This document shows, piece after piece, positions 51,656-52,115 of a stretch of DNA of 52,115 bases. Numbering within the stretch: the first letter of the stretch is position 1; each line of letters begins with the position of its first letter. Source of the stretch: a virus (taxonomy: Duplodnaviria > Caudoviricetes). Position numbers and translations under genes: made by a program. The DNA is taken from IMG/VR virus record IMGVR_UViG_3300020045_004852, positions 1-52,115 of that record, one strand, 5' to 3'. The notes under the pieces were generated by a model, which worked only from the letters and a program-made list of their open reading frames with translations, made no database searches and was not told the DNA's origin.

Positions 51656-52115
51656 TACTGCGGCACCTCGACAAACTCACCTTCCTCAATTTCGTACCAA
51701 GTGTCCGGCTTGAGGTCTTCGCCAACATAGCCGACAGCGATGCGCATGCGCCCTGCTGCTTTGTCAAGCCACGCAAGAGCGATGACGCCATTTGCACCAG
51801 CAAGAGCTTTTCCGTTTTGACCGGCGCAGGCAATTACCGCGTTTTCACCCGTTGCTCCAATCTGGGCGGAATAGCCCGAGCTGCCAATCCGGGCGGAATC
51901 GCCCGAGCTGCCAATCCGGGCGGAATCGCCCGAGCTGCCAATCCGGGCGGAATCGCCCGAGCTGCCAATCTGGGCGGAATCGCCCGAGCTGCCAATCTGG
52001 GCGGAATCGCCCGAGCTGCCAATCTGGGCGGAATAGCCCGAGCTGCCAATCCGGGCGGAATCGCCCGAGCTGCCAATCCGGGCGGAATAGCCCGAGCTGC
52101 CAATCCGGGCGGAAT
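51655..52115 (-). CDS. 3' part of the origin-spanning repeat protein
   Basis: ...SAQIGATGENAVIACAG...GYVGEDLKPDTWYEIEEGEFVEVPQ*, a C-terminus typical of phage Gly/Ser-repeat proteins. Confidence 0.9.
   Translation of the reverse strand, partial: SARIGSSGYSARIGSSGDSARIGSSGYSAQIGSSGDSAQIGSSGDSAQIGSSGDSARIGSSGDSARIGSSGDSARIGSSGYSAQIGATGENAVIACAGQNGKALAGANGVIALAWLDKAAGRMRIAVGYVGEDLKPDTWYEIEEGEFVEVPQ
51858..52115 (-). repeat. 27-bp tandem repeat (right part)
   Basis: About 9.5 units seen directly. Confidence 0.97.

Larger units (their letters stand above)
1..52115. mobile_element. Complete circularly permuted bacteriophage genome (lambdoid early region, P22-like podovirus virion module)
   Basis: Full phage gene complement and no host housekeeping genes; identical 121-bp ends; one CDS reads in frame across the junction. 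Confidence 0.95.

Noticed and set aside
51834-52103. ORF MAARAIPPGL... repeat protein
   Set aside because: Off-frame shadow of the real SA(R/Q)IGSSG(D/Y) frame, which has an RBS, a unique N-terminus and a family-typical C-terminus.

Overview
The window is an apparently complete, circularly permuted ~52 kb tailed-phage genome. Bases 1-121 repeat exactly at 51995-52115, giving a 51,994-bp circle broken inside a 27-bp tandem repeat of one gene. The layout is lambdoid: leftward early/recombination genes, a Cro-like gene, Rha/Ant antirepressors, O/P-like replication genes with an internal iteron origin, a nin region with several promoter-gene-small-regulator cassettes, and a Q-like antiterminator. 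These are followed by a P22-like podovirus virion module (terminases, portal, scaffold, coat, gp4/gp10-like tail, three ejection proteins, tailspike, SGNH protein) and a holin/GH19 lysis cassette. I see no integrase, CI-type repressor, spanin, tRNA or CRISPR array. A betaproteobacterial host is inferred, mainly from the Bv3F-type H-NS. Most notable: (1) a C5 DNA methyltransferase locus open in two frames over its whole length, giving two 415-aa ORFs offset by 5 nt that split the catalytic motifs; (2) two clear and one probable c4-type antisense RNA switches, each with its own co-varying seed/target pair; (3) a cluster of Tad2/DUF2829 and duplicated Gp49-family putative nucleotide-sponge genes; (4) a DfrB (R67 DHFR)-like domain; (5) a 23-codon copy of a tail-hub peptide inside an unrelated small protein; (6) an unexplained palindrome plus 15-bp repeat element. 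All family assignments are from motif recognition by eye, not database searches.
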